A stretch of 64,000 nucleotides of DNA from Candidatus Forterrea multitransposorum CG_2015-17_Forterrea_25_41 (GCA_009392915.1 CP045477.1:544001-608000), one strand, 5' to 3'. Shown: positions 46,761 through 56,858, numbered from the stretch's first letter. The notes: generated by a model from the sequence alone, not told the origin. Made by a program: numbers and translations.

Positions 46761-47805
46761 ATATTTTTCAGAAAACTATTTTCAAGCAAGAGAAAAATTT
46801 AGAAAAAGTACAGCTAAACTTAAGAAAAGTAATTATCATATAATTGATGATTTAACTATTGATGTTGCTGAAAGCCATCCTAAAAAAAAAGAAAAACTAT
46901 TAATTATAATTTCAGGAACTCATGGAGTAGAAGGATATGTTGGAAGTGCTTTTCAATTATTTTTTATTGATAAATATCTATCTAAAATTAAAGATAAATA
47001 TGGGATATTATTAATTCATTCTCTAAATCCTTATGGTTTTAAAAATAATAGAAGATACAATGAAAATAATGTTGATCTAAATAGAAACAATAACAAAGAC
47101 TTTTCAAAAATTAATTATTTTTTTAATAAAAATAAATTATTTAAAGAAGAAAATATATTTAATATTAAAAGAGCATTTCTAAGTGATAATTTTGAAAGAA
47201 TCAGATATAATTTACTATTGTACAAATTAATTTTAAAGCATGGAATATCTAAAACAATACAATTAATTGGACATGGACAAAATAAATATCCTAAAGGGTT
47301 ATGTTATTCAGGAAAAAATAAAGAAAAATCAATCTTATTTTTAGATAAAAAAATAAAAGAAATAACTAAAGATTATAAAGAAACAATATTAATTGATGTT
47401 CATACTGGAGCTGCAAAAAAATATAATTTAGATATATTTACTGCAAATAAACTAAATGAAATTAAAATAGATGTTCCTTTTAAGTCAACAAACACTAAAA
47501 AAAAAGGAACTGATCATATTGGTGGAATTGAGAATAGTTTGTTTGAAAATTCAAAATCAAAAAAAAATATTCATTTCACTTTAGAGTTTGGAACAATAAA
47601 TAAATATTCAACAGTAATCTCTCTAAATTATCTTAGTTATTTATTGTTTAAAGAAAATCAAATAACAAACTTTGGACCTTTTGAAAAAATACCAAAAATT
47701 AGACAAAAAATGAAAAAAGCTTATTTTCCAGAAAATAAAAAATTTAAAGAAAATATGTTAAAAAAAACAAAAGACTTTTTAGAAAGAATTATAAATTATC
47801 AATAG
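46753..47805 (+). CDS. M14-like zinc carboxypeptidase / AstE-AspA (DUF2817-like) family protein
   Basis: LLIIISGTHGVEGYVGS matches the GxHGxE zinc-binding motif of succinylglutamate desuccinylase/aspartoacylase and DUF2817 proteins, with downstream His (DVHTG). It overlaps the GH3-like gene by 8 nt. Confidence 0.5.
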   Translation: MNKYFSENYFQAREKFRKSTAKLKKSNYHIIDDLTIDVAESHPKKKEKLLIIISGTHGVEGYVGSAFQLFFIDKYLSKIKDKYGILLIHSLNPYGFKNNRRYNENNVDLNRNNNKDFSKINYFFNKNKLFKEENIFNIKRAFLSDNFERIRYNLLLYKLILKHGISKTIQLIGHGQNKYPKGLCYSGKNKEKSILFLDKKIKEITKDYKETILIDVHTGAAKKYNLDIFTANKLNEIKIDVPFKSTNTKKKGTDHIGGIENSLFENSKSKKNIHFTLEFGTINKYSTVISLNYLSYLLFKENQITNFGPFEKIPKIRQKMKKAYFPENKKFKENMLKKTKDFLERIINYQ

Positions 47806-48169
47806 AGAGTTTAATCTCTAAAATATTATTTTTATAACTTGAAACTATACTTTCTTTAACAACTTTAAAACCTAACCAAACTTCTTTATAGAAAGAAAAA
47901 TCGTGACTTCTTATCATTAAAATATTTCTATCATCATCAACATCAAATCTTATTTTATTTAAATTATGAGGAGTATACATGGTAAGATAAATACTCTCTT
48001 TATCAAAAACAAAACTATCAATATCGTCGCACATTTCAAAATCATCTTTATCTCTATTAAACTGTATATTAAGATTAATAGGTTCAGATTTTTCTAGTTT
48101 GTTTTTACGAGCAAAATCTAAGATCATTTGTTTAATTGCTTTGTCAATTTCATCAAGATTTTTTGTCAT
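47789..48169 (-). CDS. Possible small heat-shock protein (Hsp20/alpha-crystallin-like)
   Basis: 126 aa. The C-terminal beta-rich segment with ...NNILEIKLS resembles an ACD G/NxLxI motif. Weak. Confidence 0.35.
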   Translation of the reverse strand: MTKNLDEIDKAIKQMILDFARKNKLEKSEPINLNIQFNRDKDDFEMCDDIDSFVFDKESIYLTMYTPHNLNKIRFDVDDDRNILMIRSHDFSFYKEVWLGFKVVKESIVSSYKNNILEIKLSIDNL

Positions 48170-48839
48170 AAAACCACCCTATTTTGTTTTGATATAATTC
48201 ATTCATAACATTATTTATTGTTTCCCATTTATCTCTTGCAAAAGGAGGAATCTTTTTATTTTTTATAATATATTCTTTTAAATATTTAATAGTCTTTGGA
48301 TCAGAAGAATATCCTGAAATATCAAGACCTGTTAATTCAGAAATCATTTGATCTCTTACAACTTTTGCTAAAACAGAAGCACATGAAACAGAAATATGAT
48401 TTAAATCTGCTTTATGTTCTGAAACAATATTAAATTTATAATCATACTTAAGTATATTAAAATTAGATATCATTCTTTTTTTATACTTTTCTGCACTAGT
48501 ATCAGGACAATCTAATATTAATACATTTGGATTAATTTTTAAGTTTTTAATCATTTCAGCAGTTTTTATAGCTTCAATCTCATTTAAAGAATATCTATTC
48601 ATTAAAACATTTAATTCTTCTGCTGGAATTAAAACAATACTAAATTCTGTTGATTTTTCTTTAATAATATTAAAAAAATTAATTCTTTTTGATTTAGATA
48701 AAAGTTTAGAATCTTTAACACCAAGTTCTTTAAAAAAAATCTCTTGCTCAGGATTTAAAGTACAAGAAGCTAAGACTAATGGACCTAAAACACACCCTCT
48801 TCCAGCTTCATCAACCCCACAATTTAGTACTTTTTCCAT
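48153..48839 (-). CDS. rnhB: Ribonuclease HII
   Basis: N-terminal catalytic motif CGVDEAGRGCVLGPLV, plus downstream DSK and SxAS motifs. Confidence 0.85.
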   Translation of the reverse strand: MEKVLNCGVDEAGRGCVLGPLVLASCTLNPEQEIFFKELGVKDSKLLSKSKRINFFNIIKEKSTEFSIVLIPAEELNVLMNRYSLNEIEAIKTAEMIKNLKINPNVLILDCPDTSAEKYKKRMISNFNILKYDYKFNIVSEHKADLNHISVSCASVLAKVVRDQMISELTGLDISGYSSDPKTIKYLKEYIIKNKKIPPFARDKWETINNVMNELYQNKIGWFYDKKS

Positions 48840-48983
48840 GTAATAATCACTATATATACTATATATGGTATTGTTTAAAAAGCCTAAGGTAGAATTTAGT
48901 AAAAAATAACCATTTAAAAAGAGTTTTGTTTTCTAATATATATAGATATAATATTTAAATATTTGAAAAAAGGTGACAATAAT

Positions 48984-49247
48984 ATGCAAGCAACAATTTT
49001 AAGTAACAGAAGAGGAGTTAGAACTCAATATAACAATCAATATATTTTAAAAGTTGATGACGAAAAATATAGTGATAAAAAAACAGTTTCTAGCCTTTTA
49101 GGTAAAAAAACAATTTATAAAACAGGTTCAGGAAAAACCATAACTGGAACTATTGTTTCAGCACATGGAAATAAAGGTGCTGTAAGAGTTATTTTTGAAA
49201 AAGGACTTCCTGGAACAGCAATCTCACAAAAAGTAGATGTTAAATAA
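48984..49247 (+). CDS. rpl35ae: Ribosomal protein L35Ae
   Basis: GTIVSAHGNKGAVRVIFEKGLPGTAISQKVDV matches the L35Ae C-terminal signature. A GGTGA SD lies 7 nt upstream of the ATG at 48984, so the ORF-track start at 48963 (a TTG) is probably upstream of the true start. Confidence 0.7.
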   Translation: MQATILSNRRGVRTQYNNQYILKVDDEKYSDKKTVSSLLGKKTIYKTGSGKTITGTIVSAHGNKGAVRVIFEKGLPGTAISQKVDVK

Positions 49248-49252
49248 ATTTG

Positions 49253-49708
49253 TTATTCAGAAGATTTTTCTTCTGAATCTTTTTCATTTTCTAATTTTTT
49301 ATCATTAATTAAGTTTTGGTTAATAGTTTTAAAAACATCAGCATAATTTTTATAACTTACATTTTGTTTAGGTATCTCTTTTGCTTTTTTTAAAGCTTTT
49401 TTAGATAAAGATTCTTTTTTAAAAACTACACTTGGGGACTCTATTGTTTCAACTAAAACTTCTTTTGGAGTTACAACTAAAGATTCTTCTTCTTTTACTG
49501 GAAGATTAAACTTTTCAATAACTTCTTTTTTTGTATATTTTGGAGCACTCTTAAGTTTAAATAAATAAATACCAGAAAATAAGATAATAAAAACTCCTAT
49601 AAATATTAAATAATTATTTTCTTGTACTAATAAATAATAACCAATATAAATTACACCTGAAAAAATAATTGAAAGGTATAAAGATTTAATTAATTTGTTC
49701 ATATACAT
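49253..49708 (-). CDS. N-terminally anchored K/E-rich protein (hypothetical)
   Basis: Two N-terminal TM helices, then a charged tail. Confidence 0.35.
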   Translation of the reverse strand: MYMNKLIKSLYLSIIFSGVIYIGYYLLVQENNYLIFIGVFIILFSGIYLFKLKSAPKYTKKEVIEKFNLPVKEEESLVVTPKEVLVETIESPSVVFKKESLSKKALKKAKEIPKQNVSYKNYADVFKTINQNLINDKKLENEKDSEEKSSE

Positions 49709-49786
49709 TCACTTTTAAAAACACATTGTAACAATATTATATAGTATAAACAACTATAAATATATTTAGTTTAGTTAAGAGAAAAT

Positions 49787-50539
49787 ATGAAACAAGAAAT
49801 ATTACAAATTACTAAGAATAAAGTAAAAGAAAAATTAGAAAAATCTGATCAAAAGATAATAAACCTATCTTTAATTGTAGAAAAACTACAATTAAAAATA
49901 AATGAACTTACAGAACTTCTAAAAATTATCTCTGATCAAGAATATCCATCTATTGATCAAATTTTAGGTATTAAAGATTATTGTAAATTTTATCTTTTAG
50001 AAGATAAAAGTCAAATAAGTACACTTAATTTTAAAGAAGAAGAAGAGATTAAAAAAATATTAGATTATAATATTGGAATTACAATTGAAAAAGATGTTAA
50101 AGAAATTACAAATAAACTTTGTAAAAATATTTTAGAGTTAATTGACACTAAAGAAAAAATTGATCTTAAAATAGACACATTAATTAAAGAAAATTATATT
50201 AACCTTTATAATATTGCAACACCTAAAATTGCATGTAAAATGATTGAAATTGCAGGATCTTTTGAAAGATTATCAAGATATCCAGCATCAACTATACAAT
50301 TATTAGGTTCTGAAAAATCTTTTTTTAAAGCTTTAAAGTTCAATAAAAAAACACCAAAATATGGAATTTTATATAATCATCCTTTAATTATAAATTTAAC
50401 AAATAAAAAGAAAGCTAAAATAGCAAGAAGCCTTGCATCAAAAATTGCCTTAGGGTTAAAAGCTGATGTTGAAAAAAAAGATATTTCTAAAGATTTAATT
50501 AATAAAATTAAAACAAAAATTAGTGAAATTAATGAATAA
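49787..50539 (+). CDS. nop5: Nop5 (Nop56/58) C/D box sRNP protein, short form
   Basis: Nop domain: LYNIATPKIACKMIEIAGSFERLSRYPASTIQLLGSEKSFFKALK...KYGILYNHPLI...KAKIARSLASKIALGLKADV, preceded by a coiled coil. Only 250 aa, so the usual N-terminal domain is reduced or absent. Confidence 0.75.
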   Translation: MKQEILQITKNKVKEKLEKSDQKIINLSLIVEKLQLKINELTELLKIISDQEYPSIDQILGIKDYCKFYLLEDKSQISTLNFKEEEEIKKILDYNIGITIEKDVKEITNKLCKNILELIDTKEKIDLKIDTLIKENYINLYNIATPKIACKMIEIAGSFERLSRYPASTIQLLGSEKSFFKALKFNKKTPKYGILYNHPLIINLTNKKKAKIARSLASKIALGLKADVEKKDISKDLINKIKTKISEINE

Positions 50540-51131
50540 ACAAATAATTTTAAAAAATCAAAAAATATTTACAAAAAATAACTTAACTGAAAAAGTTAGA
50601 GAATGGGATCCAAATAGATCAAAAGTAGCTGCAGGGATTAAAAAAGGAATAATGCCAAATATTAAAGAAGATGACAAAGTACTTTATCTTGGAGCTGCAG
50701 AAGGTTACACAATATCTTATATATCAGATATTTTAACAAAAGGAAAAGTTTATGGTATAGATATTTCACCATACAGTATGCAAAAATTATTAATACTTGC
50801 AGAAAAAACAGAAAATATAATTCCTATATTAGGAGATTGTAACAAACCTTTTGAATATAATGAAATAATTAAAAAAAAATTTGATTATATAATACAAGAT
50901 ATTGCTCAAAAAAATCAAGCAGAAATATTAATTAAAAATTCAGATATTTTTTTAAAAGAAAAAGGTCTTGCTCTTTTAAGTTTAAAATTATCTGCAATTT
51001 CTCAAAAAAACCATAAAAAAACAATTGATGATCAAATAAACATACTAAGAAATAAATTTAGAATCATTAATCAAAAAAGATTAGATCCTTTTGAAAAGAA
51101 CCACATGCTAATTTTACTTGAAAAAAAATAA
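50523..51131 (+). CDS. flpA: Fibrillarin (rRNA/tRNA 2'-O-methyltransferase)
   Basis: KVLYLGAAEGYTISYISDIL (SAM-binding motif I) and fibrillarin-wide similarity. It overlaps the nop5 3' end, the classic nop5-flpA operon. Confidence 0.85.
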   Translation: MKLMNKQIILKNQKIFTKNNLTEKVREWDPNRSKVAAGIKKGIMPNIKEDDKVLYLGAAEGYTISYISDILTKGKVYGIDISPYSMQKLLILAEKTENIIPILGDCNKPFEYNEIIKKKFDYIIQDIAQKNQAEILIKNSDIFLKEKGLALLSLKLSAISQKNHKKTIDDQINILRNKFRIINQKRLDPFEKNHMLILLEKK

Positions 51132-52073
51132 TTATAAAAGATTAAATAAGAATAATAAAAACAAAACATAAAATGAAATTAATAATATTCCTTCTTGTAT
51201 TGTAATCTTTTTATCAAGAATTATAAAATAAATTAATATTGTTCCTAAAAACATTAAACCTAAAGGAAAAATTAAACTAGAAATATCAAAAGCTACTTTT
51301 CCAAAAATTGAAGAAACACCTAATATTCCTAAAATATTAAAAATATTAGAACCAATTATATTACCAACTGCAAGATCATATTTTTTAAGCTTAACAGCTT
51401 TAATTGAAACTATCAATTCCGGAAGAGAAGTTCCAAAAGCAATTGCACTAATAGCAATAATTTCTGTACCAATATTAAGAATTGTTGATAGTTTTATTGT
51501 AGCATCAATTAAATATTTTGCACTAATATATATTGCAAGTAAACTAATTGAAAAAATTAAAATATTTACCAAAAAATCTTTCTTTCTAGGTCTTTTTTCA
51601 ACAATTGTTTGAGATAAATCTATTTCTTTAATAGTGTATATTAAATAAAATACAAAAACAAATAATAATAATAAAGTTTCATAAAAAGAAACAAAACCAT
51701 TAAATAAAATTAAAACTAATAAAAAAGAAGTTCCTATAAAAAAAGGAAGATCTTGCTTAATTACATTTTCATTAACTACAATTTTTTTTGCAATAATTGC
51801 TGTAATCCCTAAAATTAAAAATAGATTTGCAATATTTGAACCAATAACAGTAGATACAACTATTTCTGAAGAACCTTTTAAAATTGCAAAAATTGAAGAA
51901 ATTAATTCTGGAAGAGAAGTTCCAATACTTAAAATTATTACACCTATTATTATTGGTGGTAATTTTAAAAAAATACCAATATTTTCAGAAGATTTTATAA
52001 AATAGCTAGATGCCTTTATTAAAAAAAATAAAGAGGCTAAAAAAACTAAAATCCATAAAAATAATTCTAACAT
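51132..52073 (-). CDS. CaCA-family cation/Ca2+ antiporter (YrbG-like)
   Basis: Two alpha-repeats: GTSLPELISSIFAI and GTSLPELIVSIKAV. About 10 TM helices. Confidence 0.8.
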   Translation of the reverse strand: MLELFLWILVFLASLFFLIKASSYFIKSSENIGIFLKLPPIIIGVIILSIGTSLPELISSIFAILKGSSEIVVSTVIGSNIANLFLILGITAIIAKKIVVNENVIKQDLPFFIGTSFLLVLILFNGFVSFYETLLLLFVFVFYLIYTIKEIDLSQTIVEKRPRKKDFLVNILIFSISLLAIYISAKYLIDATIKLSTILNIGTEIIAISAIAFGTSLPELIVSIKAVKLKKYDLAVGNIIGSNIFNILGILGVSSIFGKVAFDISSLIFPLGLMFLGTILIYFIILDKKITIQEGILLISFYVLFLLFLFNLL

Positions 52074-52108
52074 AATTAAGAAAAGAAAGAAAGTTTATTT
52101 AAAATAAA

Positions 52109-52786
52109 CTATTCTTTAATATAAACTTTTTTAATTATAACATCTTCAACAGGCCAATCTTGATAATAATCATACTTAGTTGTAGTTTCTAAATTTTCAA
52201 TTTTTAAAACTACATCCATACCTGAGACAACTTTACCAAATACTGCATAGCCTGGATTTTTTGAATCTTTATAATCTAAAAATAAATTATCAACAGTATT
52301 TATGAAAAATTGACTAGTTGCTGAATCAGGATCCATAGTTCTTGCCATTGAAACAGTCCCTTTAAGATTACTTAAACCAGTTATGTTTGTTTGTTCTAAA
52401 ACAATAGGATCAAAAGTATCTTTTTCAGAACCATCTTCATTAAAACCACCTGTTTGAACCATAAAATTTTTTATAACTCTATGGAAAACAACTCCATCAT
52501 AAAAATTAGATGACACATATTTTTTGAAATTTGCAACTGAAATAGGAGCATTCTTATCAAAAAGCTCAATTTCAATATTACCTTGTGTTGTTTCTATAAC
52601 TATCATGGTTGGATACCTCTCTTTTTTTGTAGCTTGATCTGTAGTTAAATTAAATATAAAATAAACTATTAAAATTAATAGAATTATTGATAAACCAAAT
52701 ATTATTATTTTTGTTTGCTTCATATTAATAATATGCTTAAAAAGATTTTTAAAATAATAAGAAATATTAAATGAAACTAATAACAT
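52109..52786 (-). CDS. Cyclophilin-type peptidyl-prolyl cis-trans isomerase, N-terminally membrane-anchored
   Basis: FHRVIKNFMVQTGG, SMAR...PDSATSQFFIN, YAVFGKVVSGMDVV. The probable true start is an internal Met (MKQTKIIIFGL, about 52723). Confidence 0.85.
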   Translation of the reverse strand: MLLVSFNISYYFKNLFKHIINMKQTKIIIFGLSIILLILIVYFIFNLTTDQATKKERYPTMIVIETTQGNIEIELFDKNAPISVANFKKYVSSNFYDGVVFHRVIKNFMVQTGGFNEDGSEKDTFDPIVLEQTNITGLSNLKGTVSMARTMDPDSATSQFFINTVDNLFLDYKDSKNPGYAVFGKVVSGMDVVLKIENLETTTKYDYYQDWPVEDVIIKKVYIKE

Positions 52787-52862
52787 ATGTTATTTAAAGT
52801 TTATGTTACATAATATATATACTTATTCTATTTAATTTAAAAAAAAATATTGGAGTGATTAA

Positions 52863-53426
52863 ATGATAAAAATAAATCAAGAAGCACCAAGCTTTAAAGA
52901 AGACGCATTTGTCAATAATGAAATAAAAAAAATTAGTCTAGAAGAATTTAAAGGGAAATGGGTTGTATTATTTTTCTATCCTGCAGACTTTACTTTTGTA
53001 TGCCCAACAGAACTTCAAGAACTTGCAAGACATTATGAAGAATTTAAAAAACTTGGAGCAGAAGTTATTTCTGTAAGCACAGATACTGCTTTTTCACATA
53101 AAGCATGGCATGATACTTCAGAAGCTATTAAACCAATTAAATTTCCTATGCTTGCAGATCCTGCAATGAGAGTTTGTAAGGCTTATGAAACATTAATTGA
53201 AGAAGAAGGTTTATCTTTAAGAGCAACTTTTGTAATAGATCCTGATGGAATAGTAAAAGCTTTTGAGTTCCATAATAACGATATTGGAAGATCAGTTCAT
53301 GAACTTTTAAGAAAAATAGAAGCTGCAAAATTTACAAGAGAACATAATGGTGAAGTGTGCCCTATGAACTGGCATCCTGGAGAAAAAACTTTAAAGCCAG
53401 GTTTAGATCTTGTTGGAAAGATTTAA
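52863..53426 (+). CDS. Peroxiredoxin (2-Cys Prx/AhpC type)
   Basis: Peroxidatic Cys motif FTFVCPTEL. A resolving Cys is near the C-terminus (EVCP). Confidence 0.85.
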   Translation: MIKINQEAPSFKEDAFVNNEIKKISLEEFKGKWVVLFFYPADFTFVCPTELQELARHYEEFKKLGAEVISVSTDTAFSHKAWHDTSEAIKPIKFPMLADPAMRVCKAYETLIEEEGLSLRATFVIDPDGIVKAFEFHNNDIGRSVHELLRKIEAAKFTREHNGEVCPMNWHPGEKTLKPGLDLVGKI

Positions 53427-53446
53427 ATCTTTCTTTTTCTTTTTAT

Positions 53447-53812
53447 TTAATAACTAAAAGGTAATTTTAAGATATTAAGTTTAATTAAAATTACAATTAA
53501 TAAAGTATATCCTATTGAAACTAAAATATTTATAATTAAATCTTTTTTTGTTAATTTATTTTCTTTTGAAACCATGTTTTTAATTCCAAAATGCATCATA
53601 AGCATACCTACAACATTTGAAACCCAATAAAAGAAAATCATACTTTCAAGAAAAATACCTTTTATTAAAAAAGATAATAAATAAGATAAACCATAAGCAA
53701 TAGGAATATTTACTAAAAAGTCATTCCAAAAAGACAAAGGTGAAAGAATATATCCAACTATAGTTAGAGCTCCACCTTTAAAATATTTTTTAAAATAGTT
53801 CTTAAAATTCAT
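53447..53812 (-). CDS. Membrane protein (hypothetical)
   Basis: 121 aa, 3-4 TM helices. Confidence 0.35.
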   Translation of the reverse strand: MNFKNYFKKYFKGGALTIVGYILSPLSFWNDFLVNIPIAYGLSYLLSFLIKGIFLESMIFFYWVSNVVGMLMMHFGIKNMVSKENKLTKKDLIINILVSIGYTLLIVILIKLNILKLPFSY

Positions 53813-53814
53813 AT

Positions 53815-55323
53815 CTAAAGATCCTTAAAATTAATCTTTTCAAAATAAAGATCAAATAATATTTTGGATAAATTAGAAACATTAACTCTCTTTTGATCAA
53901 AAGAATCTCTATCTCTAATAGTTACGGTATTATCTTCTTTTGTTTGATGATCAATTGTTATACAGTAATTACAACCAATTTCATCTAAACGAGCATATCT
54001 TTTACCAATAGAACCTTTTTCATCAAAAAAGACTTCAAAAACACCATAATTTTTGTCCAAGATATCTTTCAAAACATCTTGTCCAATCTCTAAAATACCA
54101 TCTTTTTTAACTAAAGGTAAAATTGCACAAAAATAAGGAGATATTTTTGGTTTTAAATGAAGAATATTTCTTAACTCTTCACCTTCTTTTTTAACTTCAA
54201 AAGAATTTTCTAAAAGAACATAGAAAAGTCTATCAAGACCTATTGAAGAAACTTCTAAAACATGAGGATTAATTACCTTACCTTCTTCTTTAACTGACAA
54301 ATCTTTTTTAGAACCTTCACTATGTGCTTTTAAATCATGATCTGTTCTATAGTTAAAAGAGAATAACTCTATCCAGCCTAAAGAAGAATTAACCTCTAAA
54401 TCAAAAGTTTGTTTTGAATAGAAGGCTCTATCATTATCAGGAACTTCTCTAAATCTTAAGTTTTCATGAGTTATACCAATATCATCTAAAAATTTTTGTT
54501 TTAAATATAAATAAAAAGTTAAAAGATTACCTAAAGAAATTTTATTTTCAGTAATTTCTTTTACAGTATAATCTTTTTCAACACCATCTTTTAAAAGTAA
54601 AAATCTTATTTTATAATCTTGAATATTTGATAAATCATAATCATTTATTTTATCAGGATCAAAGAACATTTCAGTCTCAAGTTGTTCAAATTCTCTACAT
54701 CTTATAAGACCTTGTCTTGGAGAAATTTCATTTCTGTAAACTTTTCCATGTTGTGAAAGAGTTATTGGAAGAGTATTTCTTGAAGATTTATATATTCTTG
54801 AAAAATCTAAAAATATAGATTGACAAGATTCTCCTCTCAAGTATCCTTTGTTACCATCCTGTACACCTACATTTATATAAGCCATAAGATTAAATCTTTT
54901 AATATTTATTAAATCACCACCATCTTCTGACTTAATACTATTATCTGTAATTAATTTTTGATATTCTTCAATTGAGAGACCTTCTGGTATTTCAAGGTTT
55001 AATTTTTCAGAAAGATATTTATCAAGTTTATAAGATTTTCCTGTTTTAGAGCATGTTGCAATTGGATCATCAAAGTTTTTAAGATGACCTGAAGCTTGAA
55101 AAACAGGTTCTGGTAAAATAATTGAACCAGAGATTTCTAAAAAGTTATTTCTATTTACAAATTCTTTTCTCCAGAAATCAATAATCTTTAATCTTATTTT
55201 GTTTCCTAAAGGACCATACTCATAAAAACCAGCAAAGTTTTTAGAATATATTTCAGCTGAAGGAAAATAAAATGATCTTGTAGATATCATTTCGTTAAAT
55301 CTATCTATTTTTAAATTATCCAT
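53815..55323 (-). CDS. glyS: Glycyl-tRNA synthetase (archaeal/eukaryal alpha2 type)
   Basis: N-terminal FYFPSAEIYSKNFAGFYEYGPLG, class II motifs, and a C-terminal anticodon-binding domain. 502 aa. Confidence 0.85.
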   Translation of the reverse strand: MDNLKIDRFNEMISTRSFYFPSAEIYSKNFAGFYEYGPLGNKIRLKIIDFWRKEFVNRNNFLEISGSIILPEPVFQASGHLKNFDDPIATCSKTGKSYKLDKYLSEKLNLEIPEGLSIEEYQKLITDNSIKSEDGGDLINIKRFNLMAYINVGVQDGNKGYLRGESCQSIFLDFSRIYKSSRNTLPITLSQHGKVYRNEISPRQGLIRCREFEQLETEMFFDPDKINDYDLSNIQDYKIRFLLLKDGVEKDYTVKEITENKISLGNLLTFYLYLKQKFLDDIGITHENLRFREVPDNDRAFYSKQTFDLEVNSSLGWIELFSFNYRTDHDLKAHSEGSKKDLSVKEEGKVINPHVLEVSSIGLDRLFYVLLENSFEVKKEGEELRNILHLKPKISPYFCAILPLVKKDGILEIGQDVLKDILDKNYGVFEVFFDEKGSIGKRYARLDEIGCNYCITIDHQTKEDNTVTIRDRDSFDQKRVNVSNLSKILFDLYFEKINFKDL

Positions 55324-55407
55324 ATACTATCACAATAATATTTAGTAATGAAATGTTATAAATATATATTGGTTTAATAAATATTTATAAATATATAATA
55401 AAAATAA

Positions 55408-55489
55408 GCAGGGGTACCCAAGTGGTCAAAGGGGCATGGCTTAGGACCATGTGCTTAGTGCTTCGCAGGTTCGAATCCTGTCCCTTGCA
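55408..55489 (+). tRNA. tRNA-Leu (anticodon TAG), class II with a long variable arm
   Basis: Acceptor GCAGGGG/CCCTTGC. Anticodon stem CATGG/CCATG with loop CTTAGGA. Variable-arm hairpin TGCTTAGTGCTTCGCA. T-arm GGTTCGAATCC. Discriminator A. Confidence 0.8.
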
Positions 55490-55503
55490 CTATTTTATAG
55501 AAG

Positions 55504-56541
55504 TTGAAAAATATGATGACTAATTTTGAAATACCAGAAGATAAATTTAATGTTAAATATTTAATTAACATAATAAAAGAAGATTTAAAAGAATATCAAT
55601 TTGAAACATTTAATTTAGGAATTAGTTATCCTTATTCTGTAACTGAAGAAGAAAAACTACTTTTAAAAAAAGAATTTCAATATGATTTAGTAGTAGGTAT
55701 TGAAAAAGAGCTTCTTAAAAAAAGAACAGAAGTCTCTTTTGGAGATATTGATATAATAATTGATTTTAATTATAAACAAATTGAATATAAAATAACCTCA
55801 CTTTATATTTATGGAATATATAATAAATATTCAAGAGAACTACCTCAAACAATTGATTTTTGTTATAAATGTAGAGGAAAAGGATGTTCTTTTTGTAATA
55901 ACACAGGTATATTGAGAAATATATCTATTCAAGAAATTATAGAAAAATACTTAAGAGAAAAATATAATTTTAAAGAACTTAAATTTCACGGAGCAGGAAG
56001 AGAAGATATTGATGTTTTAATGCTTGGAAATGGAAGAGAGTTTATAATTGAAATGACAGAACCTAAAGAGCGTAAAATTAATGAGAAAGAACTTTTAGAA
56101 ATTGAAAATAATATTAATAATAATGAAAAAGAAAAAATAAAGATATCTAATCTTAAGATTACAGAGAAAGAAAAAGTTGCAGAAATCAAAAATGAAAAAT
56201 ATTTTAAAAAATATAAAGTTACTGCAGAATGTGAAACTGAAATAAATCAAGAAGATTTAGATAAGATAACAATTAATAAAGAATTTAAAATAAAACAATT
56301 TACTCCAAAAAGAGTTGCAAAAAGAAGAGCACTTATAACTAGAGAAAGAAGTGTAGAAATATTAGAGGTTAAAAAAATTAACAATACTATTTTTGAAATA
56401 GAAATAAAAGCAGAAGCTGGTCTTTATGTTAAAGAATTTGTTTCTGGAGAAGGAGAGAAAACTAAACCTTCAATTTCAGAGATTATAAATATTAATTGTA
56501 AATGCATAAAGCTTGATGTTACTTGGATATATAGGGAGTGA
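55504..56541 (+). CDS. pus10: tRNA pseudouridine synthase Pus10
   Basis: Zn-binding CYKCRGKGCSFCNNTG. Catalytic motif HGAGREDIDVLMLGNGREFIIEM, which matches the Pus10 AGREDxDxRMLG core. 345 aa. Confidence 0.7.
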   Translation: MKNMMTNFEIPEDKFNVKYLINIIKEDLKEYQFETFNLGISYPYSVTEEEKLLLKKEFQYDLVVGIEKELLKKRTEVSFGDIDIIIDFNYKQIEYKITSLYIYGIYNKYSRELPQTIDFCYKCRGKGCSFCNNTGILRNISIQEIIEKYLREKYNFKELKFHGAGREDIDVLMLGNGREFIIEMTEPKERKINEKELLEIENNINNNEKEKIKISNLKITEKEKVAEIKNEKYFKKYKVTAECETEINQEDLDKITINKEFKIKQFTPKRVAKRRALITRERSVEILEVKKINNTIFEIEIKAEAGLYVKEFVSGEGEKTKPSISEIININCKCIKLDVTWIYRE

Positions 56542-56549
56542 TTTAAATT

Positions 56550-56858
56550 ATGAAAGAAATACAAGAAAAAATTAAAAAATTTTGTAAAGATAAAAATCTT
56601 GATAGTACACTTGAGATAAAAGTGCTTGATTTAGTTTCAGAAGTCGGAGAAGTATCTAAAGAGATTATAAAAGGAACAAACTATGGAAAAAAAGATTTTA
56701 AAATTACAGAAAACACAGAATCAGAGATTGGAGATGTTTTATTTTCCTTAATAACTATTGCAAACCAACTAGATGTTGATCTTGAAATTGCTTTAGAAAA
56801 AGTTTTAGAGAAATATCAAAAAAGATTTGAAATTAAAAAAGAAATTGGATCTTTTTAA
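56550..56858 (+). CDS. MazG-like nucleotide pyrophosphohydrolase (small, single-domain)
   Basis: EVGEVSKEI...ESEIGDVLFSLITIANQLDVDLE gives the EExxE/D metal-binding helices of the MazG fold. Confidence 0.65.
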   Translation: MKEIQEKIKKFCKDKNLDSTLEIKVLDLVSEVGEVSKEIIKGTNYGKKDFKITENTESEIGDVLFSLITIANQLDVDLEIALEKVLEKYQKRFEIKKEIGSF

